Below, one piece after another: positions 8,700 through 19,773 of a stretch of 64,000 nt of DNA. The first letter of the stretch is position 1, and every line of letters begins with the position of its first letter. The notes under the pieces are model-generated. The model was given only the letters and a program-made list of their open reading frames with translations. It made no database searches and was not told where the DNA came from. Made by a program: the position numbers and the translations under genes. Source of the DNA: Actinomycetota bacterium (GTDB lineage Bacteria; Actinomycetota; Actinomycetes; S36-B12; UBA5976); NCBI GenBank assembly GCA_947448865.1, contig CANFOW010000002.1, forward strand, positions 5,621 through 69,620, in the 5' to 3' direction.

Positions 8700-10895
8700 A
8701 TGTCTTTGAACGACAAAAAACCTGCTTCCGGACGCAAATTCATTTGGATTGCAATCGCACTCATCATTGGGTGGTTCGGTGTAAGTGGAGCAACGGGACC
8801 GTTGTTCGGCAAGCTCTCGAGTGTTCAGAAGAATGACACAACCGGATTCCTGCCAGGTTCTGCCGAATCAACTAAGGCATACCAAATATCTAGCAAGTTC
8901 TCGTCACAAGACACCACTATTCTTCCGGCGCTTGTGCTTTTCAGTGGCGATGTGACGCCTGCGAGCATCGCAGCTGTGCAAAATTTTGCTACACAACTTC
9001 CCAATGCAGAAGTGCCCGAATCAGGTAAAAAGTTTGGTGCTTATCTTGCTCAAGGTGCGCAGTTAATTCCCATTCCGTCCCAAGATGGAAAAGCAGTGTT
9101 GATGTCAGTTGCGCTCGACAACACAGCGATGCAATCTCCACTTGCTAATAACAAGCCCGCGCTACCTGAACTGGTCAAAGTATTGCGTGCACAAGCTGCA
9201 CTTGTGCCTGGATTTAGCGAAACACACGTTACAGGAATTGGCGGCATTTTGGCTGACCTATTCGACAGCTTCAGCACAATTGATTCAAAGCTCTTGCTTA
9301 TTACGTTTGGTGTCGTCGGAATCATATTGATTTTCGTCTATCGATCACCAGTGCTGTGGTTTATTCCGCTCTTTTGCGCTGTGACTGCATTGGGAACAGC
9401 CGGTGGAATTGTTTATGTACTCGCGAAGAATGGTGTCATTGATCTTGATGGTCAGTCGCAGGGCATCCTGTCGGTACTTGTGATTGGTGCGGCAACGGAT
9501 TACGCCTTGCTACTTATTGCACGTTACCGAGAGGAATTGCATCACTTCGATAGTCGCGTTGATGCAATGAAGGTTGCTTGGCGTGGTGTGGTTGAACCAA
9601 TCGTTGCATCGGGATTGACCGTTATTGCTGGTCTGCTCGTGTTGTCATTTTCGGATCTCAAGAATGTTCGTTCATTAGGTCCAGTAGCAGGCATTGGAAT
9701 CTTGGCCGCTCAACTCGTAATGCTGACAATGCTTCCCGCTTTACTTGTCGTACTTGGTCGTTGGATTTTCTGGCCAAAGCGTCCGCGTCATGATGACGTA
9801 GATGAAAAACTTTCGGGTATTTGGTCGAAAGTAGCCGGAGCCACAGGGCGACATCCGCGTCGTACCTGGGTAACAACTGGTGCGTTCTTGCTGATTTGCC
9901 TAGGTTTTGCTTTCCAACTCAACACCCGCGGAATTTCACAAACCGAGTCGTTCACTGGCCATCCAGATTCGGTTACGGGTCTTGCCAAGTTGTCGGAGCA
10001 TTTCCCAGCAGGTCAAGGTGACCCAACGCTTGTCATTGTTGACCAAGCCGACCAATCCAAGGTAACGGATGCGCTCAAGGGCGCCGCTGGAGTTTCCAAT
10101 GTGACACCTACTTTGGTAGCACCAGCAATGCCTGGTGGACCAGTTCCACCAGTGAAAGTTGTCGATGGGAAAGTTCAACTTGAAGTGACTCTCGACAAGC
10201 CGGCTGATTCACTTGCTGCGCAAGCGTATGTTCCAGCGCTTCGCGATGCAGTACACGCTGCGAGTCCGACTGCGCTGGTAGGCGGCTCGACACCAACGCA
10301 GTTCGACCTGCAAAAGGCAAACCGCAGTGATCGCAACAAGATCATTCCGATTGCGCTACTTGTCATTGGATTGATTTTGGCGCTCTTGCTTCGCAGCATT
10401 GTGGCTCCGATTCTGCTGGTCATCACTACGGTGTTGTCTTTTGGTGCGACTCTCGGCGTGTGTCATCTTGTGTTCAAGTATCTATTTGGATTCCGCGCAA
10501 CTGATGGTTCGTTCCCGCTGTACGCGTTCGTGTTCTTGGTCGCCCTCGGTATTGACTACAACATTTTCTTGATGACTCGCGTTCGTGAAGAGGCAAAGAA
10601 GATTGGTACACGTCCAGGCATCATCAAGGGCGTGACAGTTACTGGAGGCGTGATCACATCTGCTGGCGTGGTTCTCGCAGCAACGTTCGCAGTCTTGGGA
10701 ACACTTCCATTGGTATTCCTTGCAGAGCTCGGTTTCGCAGTTGCGTTCGGAGTGCTGTTGGACACAATCGTTGTGCGTTCACTACTGGTTCCTGCGTTGT
10801 CCTATGAAATGGGCAAGAAGATTTGGTGGCCAAGCGAACTCAGCAAGAGTGATGTGGCTGAGAATGCGCAAGAACAGGAACATGCTGCGGTATGA
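8700..10895 (+). CDS. MMPL family (RND) transporter
   Basis: Two TM repeats with GAATDYALL and GIDYNIFL motifs, GKKIWWP C-terminus. Confidence 0.93.
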   Translation: MSLNDKKPASGRKFIWIAIALIIGWFGVSGATGPLFGKLSSVQKNDTTGFLPGSAESTKAYQISSKFSSQDTTILPALVLFSGDVTPASIAAVQNFATQLPNAEVPESGKKFGAYLAQGAQLIPIPSQDGKAVLMSVALDNTAMQSPLANNKPALPELVKVLRAQAALVPGFSETHVTGIGGILADLFDSFSTIDSKLLLITFGVVGIILIFVYRSPVLWFIPLFCAVTALGTAGGIVYVLAKNGVIDLDGQSQGILSVLVIGAATDYALLLIARYREELHHFDSRVDAMKVAWRGVVEPIVASGLTVIAGLLVLSFSDLKNVRSLGPVAGIGILAAQLVMLTMLPALLVVLGRWIFWPKRPRHDDVDEKLSGIWSKVAGATGRHPRRTWVTTGAFLLICLGFAFQLNTRGISQTESFTGHPDSVTGLAKLSEHFPAGQGDPTLVIVDQADQSKVTDALKGAAGVSNVTPTLVAPAMPGGPVPPVKVVDGKVQLEVTLDKPADSLAAQAYVPALRDAVHAASPTALVGGSTPTQFDLQKANRSDRNKIIPIALLVIGLILALLLRSIVAPILLVITTVLSFGATLGVCHLVFKYLFGFRATDGSFPLYAFVFLVALGIDYNIFLMTRVREEAKKIGTRPGIIKGVTVTGGVITSAGVVLAATFAVLGTLPLVFLAELGFAVAFGVLLDTIVVRSLLVPALSYEMGKKIWWPSELSKSDVAENAQEQEHAAV

Positions 10896-11611
10896 CACAT
10901 CGTTACATCGTTGCCTCCAGCGGTGGGTTTAATCAAACCGACCGCTGGGGAGTGATGAAGCCAGGTGGAATATTTCTGCGCGCTCTTGAGCTGACTGGAA
11001 AAACTCAACCACGGGTGCTTTTCATCATGACGGCAAGCGGCGATGACATGAGTTACATCGCGAGAAGTCATCAAGCAATGGCGGATCTCGGTGTTGTCTC
11101 TGACCACCTTGCCTTGTTTTCGCAACCAACATCTCCTGTTGACGAAGCGATTGGCAAAGCGGACTTGGTGTGGGTTGGCGGAGGATCAGTTGCAAACCTG
11201 CTGGCTGTGTGGCGCTTACATAAGGTTGACGAAGCGCTTCGTGATGCGTGGGAATCCGGAACCGTTCTGGGCGGAGTAAGCGCTGGCTCGATTTGTTGGC
11301 ATGTGGGCGGTCCAACTGATTCGTTCGGACCGAAACTTGAAACCATCACAAATGGCTTGGCTTTGTTGCCATTTGGCAACGGCGTGCACTATGACAGTGA
11401 AGCCCAACGTCGACCATTACTCGGATCGCTCGTTAGTACTGAAACTTTGCCATTGTCCTATGCAACTGATGATCATTGCGGAATCGTGTACGAAGGAACC
11501 CAAGCCGTTGAAGTCGTAGTGGATACTCCTGGAATTTCTGCACGTGCCTACCGAGTTGAAAACGTCGCCGGCGAGTCCGTAGAAACTGTTCTCGAGCCAG
11601 GAAAGATTTAA
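10892..11611 (+). CDS. Peptidase E (S51 family)
   Basis: TASGD, VGGGSVANLL, GVSAG nucleophile, VHYD; ATGA overlap with MMPL. Confidence 0.88.
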   Translation: MTHRYIVASSGGFNQTDRWGVMKPGGIFLRALELTGKTQPRVLFIMTASGDDMSYIARSHQAMADLGVVSDHLALFSQPTSPVDEAIGKADLVWVGGGSVANLLAVWRLHKVDEALRDAWESGTVLGGVSAGSICWHVGGPTDSFGPKLETITNGLALLPFGNGVHYDSEAQRRPLLGSLVSTETLPLSYATDDHCGIVYEGTQAVEVVVDTPGISARAYRVENVAGESVETVLEPGKI

Positions 11612-12930
11612 CGCAGGTCTGACAAGAGTGCCTCGGCAGCCCGACGTGCACTCGTGAACGCACCGTTAATTGATGAGACGGCGCGGTAATCTCCAGCAAC
11701 ATACACGCCATCGCCTAAGTGAGCGGGCGTCGTGATCGCATGCGGGGCCGACATAGCGGGCAGTGCGTCAGCAATGGGATACGTAGTCACATGCGTCCAA
11801 CCAGCTGTCGACACTCCGTACAGAGCTTCTAGGTGCTTTCTCACGAGCGTTTCGGAATACACAGAGTCATGAATACCGACGGCCGAGGATGACACGAGCA
11901 CACGGTTATCCGATGCGTATTCAGGTGCTGCATGCGTGAGTACCGCTGTGTTAATAAGGGGACGCGAAGAATCAATTGAGCCATGTGAAAATCTTTGCCC
12001 GTCAACAACAATCGTGCTCTTGCCTTGGGTGAGTTCGCTTCCGTCACAGTCGGCTAGGTGATACCACGTTGTCACGGCGCGTGATTCTGGGGCCACAACA
12101 GCTGGAATCAAAGTATGTGCAACTTGTGCATCCGTTGCTACCACGATTGCCCGACACGTCACAATCCCATTGTCAGTAACTACCTGTCCAGACTTCAGAC
12201 TCACGACGCGGGTGTTTGTGTGGATGCTCCCCGCAGGCAGTTGTGCCGCGAGTTGGCGCGGAATTTGCTGCATGCCGCCTTCAGGTAATCCCGGTCGACC
12301 TTTAACAAAGGAACGAAGCACCACATCAAAAAATCGCTTAGATGTATCAAGGTTTTCGTCTAGAAATACTCCCGCTAAAAACGGTCGCAAAACAGTTGAG
12401 GTTAACTCTTTACCAAAGGTTCGCTCTAAGAATGCGCCCGTTCGCTGGTCGACTGAATCGGGCGGGGGATTGCGCAGTGCTAACTTTGCCGCGTACCTGG
12501 AAAACTTAAGCTTCGAAGTCCATGAACCTACAGGTGCAAGAAGACTGTCCACCGCCCACGTTGGTTCATGACGTGGATCCGCAAGGCGATGCGAGCGTCC
12601 GTTTATCCGAACTTCTACACCCGCAGTAAAACTGCGTACGTTGAGTAAATTCAAATCCAGGATACGTGCACCTTCTTCATACGAAGGGTTGTAAAGCTGG
12701 AAGCCGCGATCAAGCAAGAGACCATCCACAGAGTCCGTACGTACTCGTCCACCGATGTCGTCACTTGCCTCAATAACGTGCACGTCGAGTCCAGAAATTG
12801 CTAAGTGTCGCGCAGTTGCGAGTCCAGCAAGACCGGCGCCAATAACAACGACGTCACAAGAACTAGGTACTGATGACGAATCGTGTGATGACGAATCGTG
12901 TGATGACAATTGTTGTGCGGACGAGGTCAT
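11608..12930 (-). CDS. FAD-dependent oxidoreductase (amine oxidase family)
   Basis: GAGLAG Rossmann motif, GGRVRTD, LDRGFQ, AGDY. Confidence 0.88.
   Translation of the reverse strand: MTSSAQQLSSHDSSSHDSSSVPSSCDVVVIGAGLAGLATARHLAISGLDVHVIEASDDIGGRVRTDSVDGLLLDRGFQLYNPSYEEGARILDLNLLNVRSFTAGVEVRINGRSHRLADPRHEPTWAVDSLLAPVGSWTSKLKFSRYAAKLALRNPPPDSVDQRTGAFLERTFGKELTSTVLRPFLAGVFLDENLDTSKRFFDVVLRSFVKGRPGLPEGGMQQIPRQLAAQLPAGSIHTNTRVVSLKSGQVVTDNGIVTCRAIVVATDAQVAHTLIPAVVAPESRAVTTWYHLADCDGSELTQGKSTIVVDGQRFSHGSIDSSRPLINTAVLTHAAPEYASDNRVLVSSSAVGIHDSVYSETLVRKHLEALYGVSTAGWTHVTTYPIADALPAMSAPHAITTPAHLGDGVYVAGDYRAVSSINGAFTSARRAAEALLSDLR
12871..12907. repeat. 15-bp tandem repeat (TGATGACGAATCGTG), about 2.5 copies, in-frame at the gene N-terminus
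   Basis: Units at 12871, 12886 and 12901 (partial); encodes SSHDSSSHDSSS. Confidence 0.8.
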
Positions 12931-13814
12931 GTGGCAATGAGTGTTTTCATCGCGCTCAATGCATCCGGATCAGAAAACACGAAACCATTTTTTTGGAGCA
13001 CGGTCGGAAGGACACGCGTACTGCCAAGTACTTCTTGCGAAAACTCACCTAGAACAATTTTGAGTGCTACAGCAGGCACGTGAAATATTGCGGGGCGCTT
13101 AAACACAGCACTCATGGCTTTTGTAATCTCGGCATTCGTAGCAGGTTGTGGCGCAGTTAAGTTAACTGGCCCCGATATGGTCGCGCTTGTCAGTAGAAAG
13201 CTAAGCGCGGCAATTTCGTCGCGCATGGATATAAATGACCAGTACTGCTTGCCATTACCCAAACGACCACCAAGTCCAAGTTTGAACAGTGGTGATATTT
13301 TCGCCCAGGCTCCGCCATGCGAACTGACAACTAAGCCGGTGCGTGCATGCACAACGCGAATCCCAGCTAAGCGGGCAACTTCAGCAGCGTTTTCCCACGC
13401 GACAACAACGTCGCACAAAAACCCCGAACCAGCTGGAGCGGTTTCGTCCACTGTGCGTGAATCTGTGTCGCCATACCAACCAATTGCTGACGCATTGATT
13501 AGTGTTTTAGCGCCAACAGTTGCAGCGGCTTGAGCAATTGTGCGAGTGGAATCAACGCGTGATGAAAAGATTTCCTTCTTGTAGCGACGGCTCCATCGTT
13601 TGTCGCCAACTCCGACACCTGCAAGGTTAATGAACGCTTCCACTCCTGCAAGACGAGCAAGGCTGACATCACCTGTCGTCGGATTCCAAGACACTTCAGA
13701 CTCGGCTTGAGCGGGACGGCGCACTAGACGAAGGACATCATGTCCATCTGCTCGTAGGGTTTTTACGAGTTCAGTTCCAATGAGTCCTGACGAGCCAGCT
13801 ATCGCAATACGCAT
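12927..13814 (-). CDS. TIGR01777 family epimerase/oxidoreductase
   Basis: GSSGLIG, NLAG, GLGGRLGNGKQY, GPVNLTAP. Confidence 0.92.
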   Translation of the reverse strand: MRIAIAGSSGLIGTELVKTLRADGHDVLRLVRRPAQAESEVSWNPTTGDVSLARLAGVEAFINLAGVGVGDKRWSRRYKKEIFSSRVDSTRTIAQAAATVGAKTLINASAIGWYGDTDSRTVDETAPAGSGFLCDVVVAWENAAEVARLAGIRVVHARTGLVVSSHGGAWAKISPLFKLGLGGRLGNGKQYWSFISMRDEIAALSFLLTSATISGPVNLTAPQPATNAEITKAMSAVFKRPAIFHVPAVALKIVLGEFSQEVLGSTRVLPTVLQKNGFVFSDPDALSAMKTLIAT

Positions 13815-13863
13815 AACTCAACCATGCACCTATTCACTAGTAAATGCGACTTATTGAGCGTGA

Positions 13864-15573
13864 CTAAAGTCCTAAATCGGCTTCGAAACTGCCTTCTTCA
13901 AGGCGTGCCTTGATTGCAGACAAGAATCGTGCAGCGTCAGCACCATCGACCAAGCGATGATCGTAAGTTAATGCGAGGTACACCATTTGGCGGATTGCAA
14001 TAACGTCCTGACCTGAGTCATCTTTTGTGACAACTGGTCGTTTTACAACCGCGCCGGTGCCCAAAATGGCAACCTGAGGCTGGTTGATAATCGGCGTGTC
14101 AAACAGGGCGCCACGTGAGCCAGTGTTAGTTAACGTGAATGTTCCGCCGCTGAGCTCGTCAGGTGACAACTTATTGGTGCGAGTGCGTTCTGCAAGATCA
14201 GAAATCTTTCGGGCAAGCCCACCAATATTGAGATCACCAGCATCACGGATAACTGGAACCAGAAGCCCGCGCTCAGTATCAACGGCAATGCCGAGATGTT
14301 CAGCATCAAAGTAAGTGACTGTTCCGGCTTCTTGGTCAATCTGTGCGTTAACTGTGGGGAACTGCTTAAGTGCCTCACAGGCAGCCTTGGCGAAGAATGG
14401 AAGGAAGGATAACTTCACGCCTTCCCGAGTTTCAAAGGCTGACTTAGAGCGATTGCGTAATGCTGAGATCCGAGTGACATCGACTTCAACAACGGTGGTC
14501 AATTGTGCAGACACCTGAAGTGACTCGACCATGCGTTCTGCAATGACTTTGCGTAACCGTGTCATTGGTTCAGTGCGACCACGAAGATCCGAAGCCGGAG
14601 CACTTTGTGGACGCGCAGCACTTGGTGCAGCAGGACTGGTGCTGGCAGGTGGAACGAATGGCGTTGAGGCCACGGGACGATCCGCCACGACAGCTACTGG
14701 TGCTTGTGTTGGCGTAGTCGCCAAAATGTCTTCCTTGCGAATGCGACCACCAACACCGGTGCCGACAACGTGTGCGAGATTTACGCCGCGTTCGGCAGCA
14801 AGTTTTCTCACTAGTGGAGTCGCATATGCATCGCTGTTGTCAACCGACTCACTCGATAGCGAGGTAGCTGGTGCAGAAGGTGCAGGTACCGAAGGCGTTG
14901 ACGGTGCAGGCGTTGCGTGAACGGGTGCTGCAGGCGCAATTGTTGCTGCTGGTGCTGTTGACCCTGCGCTCACACCAATAACTCCGAGCTGGCCGCCGAC
15001 TAGCGCTACGCCGTCTTCGGCGACCGTGATTTCGAGCAAGATTCCCGAAACTGGTGATGGGATTTCTGTGTCGACTTTGTCGGTTGATACTTCGAGCAGA
15101 GCTTCATCCGCCGTCACGCTGTCTCCGACAGCCTTAAGCCAACGGGTAACAGTTCCTTCGGTGACACTTTCTCCAAGTTGTGGAAGCACAACAGAGGTAG
15201 CAGATGTGCCGCCAGCAGAAGAAACTGGTGCTGAATCCGTTTGTGGAGATGGATCAACAACTGGTGCCTCAACAACTGGCGCAGGCTCAGAGGCGGGAGC
15301 AGTTGCCGGAGTCGCTGTCGCACTCGGAGCAGAACCTGCGTCGCCAATAATTGCTAAGGCGCCGCCTACAAGCACTACGGCGTCTTCTCCAGCAATAATT
15401 TCAAGCAGCACACCAGATACAGGAGACGGGATCTCGGTATCAACTTTGTCAGTAGATATTTCGAGTAGCGCTTCGTCGGCATTGACGAAATCGCCAACGG
15501 ACTTGAGCCATCGGGTGACTGTGCCTTCGGTAACACTCTCACCGAGCTGAGGCATCGATACGGTAGTCGCCAC
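13864..15573 (-). CDS. dlaT: 2-oxoacid dehydrogenase E2 (dihydrolipoamide acyltransferase), two lipoyl domains
   Basis: Two STDKVDTE lipoyl motifs, [10 protein letters not shown]3-binding domain, DHRLVDG catalytic motif. Confidence 0.95.
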   Translation of the reverse strand: MATTVSMPQLGESVTEGTVTRWLKSVGDFVNADEALLEISTDKVDTEIPSPVSGVLLEIIAGEDAVVLVGGALAIIGDAGSAPSATATPATAPASEPAPVVEAPVVDPSPQTDSAPVSSAGGTSATSVVLPQLGESVTEGTVTRWLKAVGDSVTADEALLEVSTDKVDTEIPSPVSGILLEITVAEDGVALVGGQLGVIGVSAGSTAPAATIAPAAPVHATPAPSTPSVPAPSAPATSLSSESVDNSDAYATPLVRKLAAERGVNLAHVVGTGVGGRIRKEDILATTPTQAPVAVVADRPVASTPFVPPASTSPAAPSAARPQSAPASDLRGRTEPMTRLRKVIAERMVESLQVSAQLTTVVEVDVTRISALRNRSKSAFETREGVKLSFLPFFAKAACEALKQFPTVNAQIDQEAGTVTYFDAEHLGIAVDTERGLLVPVIRDAGDLNIGGLARKISDLAERTRTNKLSPDELSGGTFTLTNTGSRGALFDTPIINQPQVAILGTGAVVKRPVVTKDDSGQDVIAIRQMVYLALTYDHRLVDGADAARFLSAIKARLEEGSFEADLGL

Positions 15574-15609
15574 TGTTTCTCCTAAGTTGTTCGGTTCTAG
15601 GCTAATGCG

Positions 15610-16968
15610 TCAGGCGTGAGCATGAAGAGGCTTGCCCGCGAGGGCAAGAAACGCTTCGCCTAATGCTTCGTTTTGGGTTGGGTGGGCATGGACGAGTGGT
15701 GCCACATCGTCGGCGGTCGCTTCCCAGTTGTAAATCAGTTGCGCTTCGCCAATAAGTTCGCCAACGCGAGCACCAATCATGTGTACGCCAACAACAGGAC
15801 CATCTTTTTGTTGAATCAATTTGATGAATCCAGTTGTTCCAAGAATTTGACTCTTGCCGTTACCGCCCAGGTTGTATTCGTACGAGACGATGTCGCCAAA
15901 CTTTTCCTTAGCAGCGGTTTCGGTGTAGCCGATGCTGGCAATTTCAGGTTCGCTGTAGGTCACGCGTGGAATTCCAGTTTCATCAATTGACTGTGGGCTC
16001 AAGCCAGCGATTTCTTCTGCGACAAAGATTCCTTGTTGGAAGCCGCGGTGTGCCAGTTGCAGACCAGGCACGATGTCGCCGACTGCGTACACGCCGGGAA
16101 CATTGGTAGCTAGACGCTCGTTAGCTAAGACGAAGCCGCGATCCATGGCGACGCCAACTTCTTCATATCCCAAGTTTGAGGTGCGAGGTCCACGCCCAAT
16201 GGCAACGAGCAGAACGTCGGCGCGGAATTCTTTTCCGTCTTCCAATATGATTGAGACACCGTTGTTATCTTGAGTCGCGCTCTGGAACTTAATTCCTGTT
16301 GAGAAATTGATTCCGCGCTTGCGATATGCACGTTCCATAGCCTTTGATACCGCTTCGTCTTCGGCAGGTACTAAACGTGGAAGTCCCTCGATAACAGTGA
16401 CGTCCACACCGAAGGAGCGCCAGACTGACGCGAATTCAACACCGATGACACCGCCACCCAAAATAATGGCTGACTCCGGAACATAGTCCATGACCAAGGC
16501 TTCGTCGCTTGTCATAATGCGTCCGGTGATTTCTAGACCGGGCAAAGAACGGGCATACGAACCAGTTGCGAGAACGATGTTCTTACCTTCGTAACGTTGA
16601 CCATTGACTTCAACAGCGTTAGCTGCAACAAGTCGACCAGTTCCTTCGACGTAGGTGATGTCGCGACTCTTCACAAGTCCTTGAAGTCCCTTGTACAAGC
16701 GACCGATAACACCGTCTTTGTATGAGTTCACTTTCGTCATGTCGATGCCATTGAATGTGCTGTGCACGCCAACTGATTCGCCTTCACGTGCTACGTCAGC
16801 AACTTCAGCTGCATGCAAAAGCGCTTTAGTTGGAATACATCCACGATGTAAGCAGGTGCCACCTAACTTGTCTTGCTCGATGAGGACAACTGAAAGGCCG
16901 AGTTGGGATGCGCGAAGTGCACATGCGTAGCCACCGCTACCGCCACCAAGAATCACGACGTCATGCAT
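15610..16968 (-). CDS. lpdA: Dihydrolipoyl dehydrogenase
   Basis: GGTCLHRGCIP redox disulfide, HAHPTQNE. Confidence 0.96.
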   Translation of the reverse strand: MHDVVILGGGSGGYACALRASQLGLSVVLIEQDKLGGTCLHRGCIPTKALLHAAEVADVAREGESVGVHSTFNGIDMTKVNSYKDGVIGRLYKGLQGLVKSRDITYVEGTGRLVAANAVEVNGQRYEGKNIVLATGSYARSLPGLEITGRIMTSDEALVMDYVPESAIILGGGVIGVEFASVWRSFGVDVTVIEGLPRLVPAEDEAVSKAMERAYRKRGINFSTGIKFQSATQDNNGVSIILEDGKEFRADVLLVAIGRGPRTSNLGYEEVGVAMDRGFVLANERLATNVPGVYAVGDIVPGLQLAHRGFQQGIFVAEEIAGLSPQSIDETGIPRVTYSEPEIASIGYTETAAKEKFGDIVSYEYNLGGNGKSQILGTTGFIKLIQQKDGPVVGVHMIGARVGELIGEAQLIYNWEATADDVAPLVHAHPTQNEALGEAFLALAGKPLHAHA

Positions 16969-17040
16969 GGGATCTCCAAGTTAGGGATGAGAAATAAAGG
17001 CGCGTCATTGCGCGTGTCTATTCTTTCACCTGAACAGGAT

Positions 17041-18546
17041 TTATAACGACACGGTGCCTGTCATGACGTCTTCGACAAAATTGAGCATGGTGCGCACGCC
17101 GAAACCAACGCCACCCTTGTGCGTGTAGCCATACGGCGCTTGTTCGTGAAAAGCAGGGCCAGCAATGTCCAAGTGAGCCCATGGCAGTCCTTCGGGTACG
17201 AATTCCTTGAGGAACCAGGCAGCGCTGAGCATGCTGCCTTCCCGTTGCCCGACATTTGCGATGTCGGCCACAGTGGAGTCCAAGGTTGGGCGCAATTCCT
17301 CTGGCATCGGCATGGGCCAGAATTCCTCACCAGCTCGCCCTGCCGCCTGGGTCACAGCGTGACGAATATCGTCGTCTCCCATGACGCCGGCAGTGCGATG
17401 GCCAAGAGCAACAACCGCAGCTCCGGTCAACGTAGAGATGTCGAGTACGACGTCTGCCTTGTCCTCGCCGACACGTACAAGTACATCGGCCATAACAAGA
17501 CGACCCTCGGCATCGGTGTTCAGCACTTCAACGGTTTTGCCACCGTAAATAGTGATGACATCGCCAGGACGTTGGGCCGCTCCGCCAGGCATGTTTTCTG
17601 CGCACGCCGCATAGGCAGTAACTGCAATAGGAAGTTTGAGATCTGCGATAGCTCGGATTGTGGCAATAACCGCTGCTGCGCCAGACATGTCACCCTTCAT
17701 TGCATGCATACCTGCAGGTGGCTTTAACGAAATGCCACCGGTATCAAAGGTGATTCCCTTGCCGATGAGCGCGACATGTTTTTTTGCACCACGCGGCTTG
17801 TATTCCATGCGAATCAAACGCGGTCCACGCGATGAACCTTGTCCAACTCCCATGATTCCGCCATAGCCACGACTGAGTAACGCTTTGTCATCAAGCACTG
17901 TGACTTTGACCGTAGTGCCAGCAAGGTGCGCTTTTGCGCGGGCCGCAAGTTCAGCAGGCGGTAGATGAAGTGGCGAGGTGTTAATCGCGTCGCGAGCAAA
18001 ATGCACGTTCGCAACGACTGTTTTTGCGCGAGCAAGTTGCTTCTTGGCATCAGGATCTAAAGCCAGTTTTGTGAATACTGTTATTGAGCGAACAGGCGCC
18101 TTGCTCTTTGCTTTCTTGCTGAATAAGTGATCGGTAAATGTGTATGCGCCAAGACCAGCGCCCTCAAGGATGGCACCAATGTCTACGGGTGACTTGGCTG
18201 GAAGCGCCAAAGACACTTTCTTAAATCCTGCGAGACTGCGCGTTGCGTTACCAGCTGTCCGCCGAAGTTTCTCGTGATGAATTCCGCCTTTGGTCTTGCC
18301 CATGCCCACTGCGACAATGACCGGCGAGGAACACAATGCCGCTCCGGGTATGCGGATAACTTCATCCGCGTTGCCTGTGGCTCCGACTGATTCAAGAGCA
18401 GCCTTGATCTTCGAGGCAGTTGCCGCAGGTATGTCGGACTGGCACAGGGCAAACGATCCATCGTTTGTCGTTGCAATAACAAGTGCGTCGGTTGCGACTT
18501 GTGCGGGGTTACCTGACTTCAGGCTCAAGGTAGCGATTGTGGACAC
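17041..18546 (-). CDS. pepA: Leucyl aminopeptidase (M17)
   Basis: GKGITFDTGG, MKGDM, NTDAEGRL, HLDIAG. Confidence 0.96.
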   Translation of the reverse strand: MSTIATLSLKSGNPAQVATDALVIATTNDGSFALCQSDIPAATASKIKAALESVGATGNADEVIRIPGAALCSSPVIVAVGMGKTKGGIHHEKLRRTAGNATRSLAGFKKVSLALPAKSPVDIGAILEGAGLGAYTFTDHLFSKKAKSKAPVRSITVFTKLALDPDAKKQLARAKTVVANVHFARDAINTSPLHLPPAELAARAKAHLAGTTVKVTVLDDKALLSRGYGGIMGVGQGSSRGPRLIRMEYKPRGAKKHVALIGKGITFDTGGISLKPPAGMHAMKGDMSGAAAVIATIRAIADLKLPIAVTAYAACAENMPGGAAQRPGDVITIYGGKTVEVLNTDAEGRLVMADVLVRVGEDKADVVLDISTLTGAAVVALGHRTAGVMGDDDIRHAVTQAAGRAGEEFWPMPMPEELRPTLDSTVADIANVGQREGSMLSAAWFLKEFVPEGLPWAHLDIAGPAFHEQAPYGYTHKGGVGFGVRTMLNFVEDVMTGTVSL

Positions 18547-18605
18547 GGTATGTGAACTCCTATCTGGTGCGCTCTGACAAATGTAGTCGTACTAGCGTTA
18601 AGGGC

Positions 18606-19691
18606 ATGCCTGAAGTTCCTTTGCACTCTGAACATGTGTCTCTTGGCGCCAAGATGGGTCCATTCGGTGGCTGGGATATGCCAATCGAATACACCGCCGG
18701 CACAGTAGCCGAACACACCGCGGTACGCACTGCTGTGGGTCTTTTTGATGTGTCCCATATGGGCAAGTTACGCATCACAGGTCCTGGAGCCTTGGAGTTT
18801 GTGAACTCGCAAGTAACCAACGACATTGGTCGCATTACGCCAGGACAAGCCCAGTATTCGATGCTGTGCAACGACCATGGCGGAATTATTGATGACCTGA
18901 TTGTGTATCTTGTCGGCGACGATGAAGTGCGCATTATTCCGAATGCGGGAAATGCGACAACAATCTTTGAAGCATTGCGATCGGCAGCGCCTGCAGGAAT
19001 TACTGTGACGAACAATCACCTCACGCAAGGCATCATCGCCGTTCAAGGGCCACGTTCAGGAGACTTGCTCAAAGCACTTGGGCTTCCTACGGATCACGAA
19101 TACATGGCGTTCGTAGACGCACAGTGGAACGGTCATCCACTTACTGTGTGCCGTACGGGATACACCGGTGAATACGGATTCGAAATTGTTGTTGGAAACG
19201 AAGCGCTTGTTTCACTGTGGCGCGCGCTACTTGAGTCAGGTACGCAGTTCGGGGTGTTGCCGTGTGGTCTGGGAGCCCGCGACACGTTACGAACCGAGAT
19301 GGGCTACCCATTACACGGCCAAGATATTTCGCCAGATATTTCTCCAGTAGAAGCACGAACCGGCTGGGCAGTTGGCTGGAAGAAAGATTCATTTGCTGGC
19401 AAGGATGCGTTAGTGGCACAGAAAGAAGCAGGCGCTGCACGGTTAGCTTGGGGTTTGCTGGCCACTGGGCGTGGCATTCCTCGCGCACACATGAGCGTGC
19501 GCAATGCTGCTGGTGATGTCGTCGGTGAAACCACATCAGGCACATTTAGTCCGACGCGACAGGTTGGTATTGCGCTTGCGCTGTTAACTCCGAGTGTTCA
19601 GGAAGGTGACGAGCTCGTAGTCGACGTTCGCGGTCGTGACCTGAGTGTGGTTGTCACGAAGCCACCGTTTGTTCCAGCGCACACTAAGTAA
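18606..19691 (+). CDS. gcvT: Glycine cleavage system aminomethyltransferase
   Basis: FDVSHMG, RTGYTGEYGFE, GLGARDTLRTEMG; TAGCGT -10 7 nt before ATG. Confidence 0.96.
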   Translation: MPEVPLHSEHVSLGAKMGPFGGWDMPIEYTAGTVAEHTAVRTAVGLFDVSHMGKLRITGPGALEFVNSQVTNDIGRITPGQAQYSMLCNDHGGIIDDLIVYLVGDDEVRIIPNAGNATTIFEALRSAAPAGITVTNNHLTQGIIAVQGPRSGDLLKALGLPTDHEYMAFVDAQWNGHPLTVCRTGYTGEYGFEIVVGNEALVSLWRALLESGTQFGVLPCGLGARDTLRTEMGYPLHGQDISPDISPVEARTGWAVGWKKDSFAGKDALVAQKEAGAARLAWGLLATGRGIPRAHMSVRNAAGDVVGETTSGTFSPTRQVGIALALLTPSVQEGDELVVDVRGRDLSVVVTKPPFVPAHTK

Positions 19692-19724
19692 CAGTTGTAG
19701 ATCGAACGCCTAAACAAGAACTCG

Positions 19725-19765
19725 AAAAAAGAACCCCCGCCGAAAACTCGGTGGGGGTTCTTTTT
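19725..19765. terminator. Bidirectional intrinsic terminator
   Basis: AAAAAAGAACCCCCGCCGA-AAAC-TCGGTGGGGGTTCTTTTT between convergent gcvT and aquaporin. Confidence 0.92.
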
Positions 19766-19773
19766 ACGTGCAA

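Noticed and set aside
14990-15560. Internal DNA duplication in dlaT
   Set aside because: Explained by the normal two lipoyl domains
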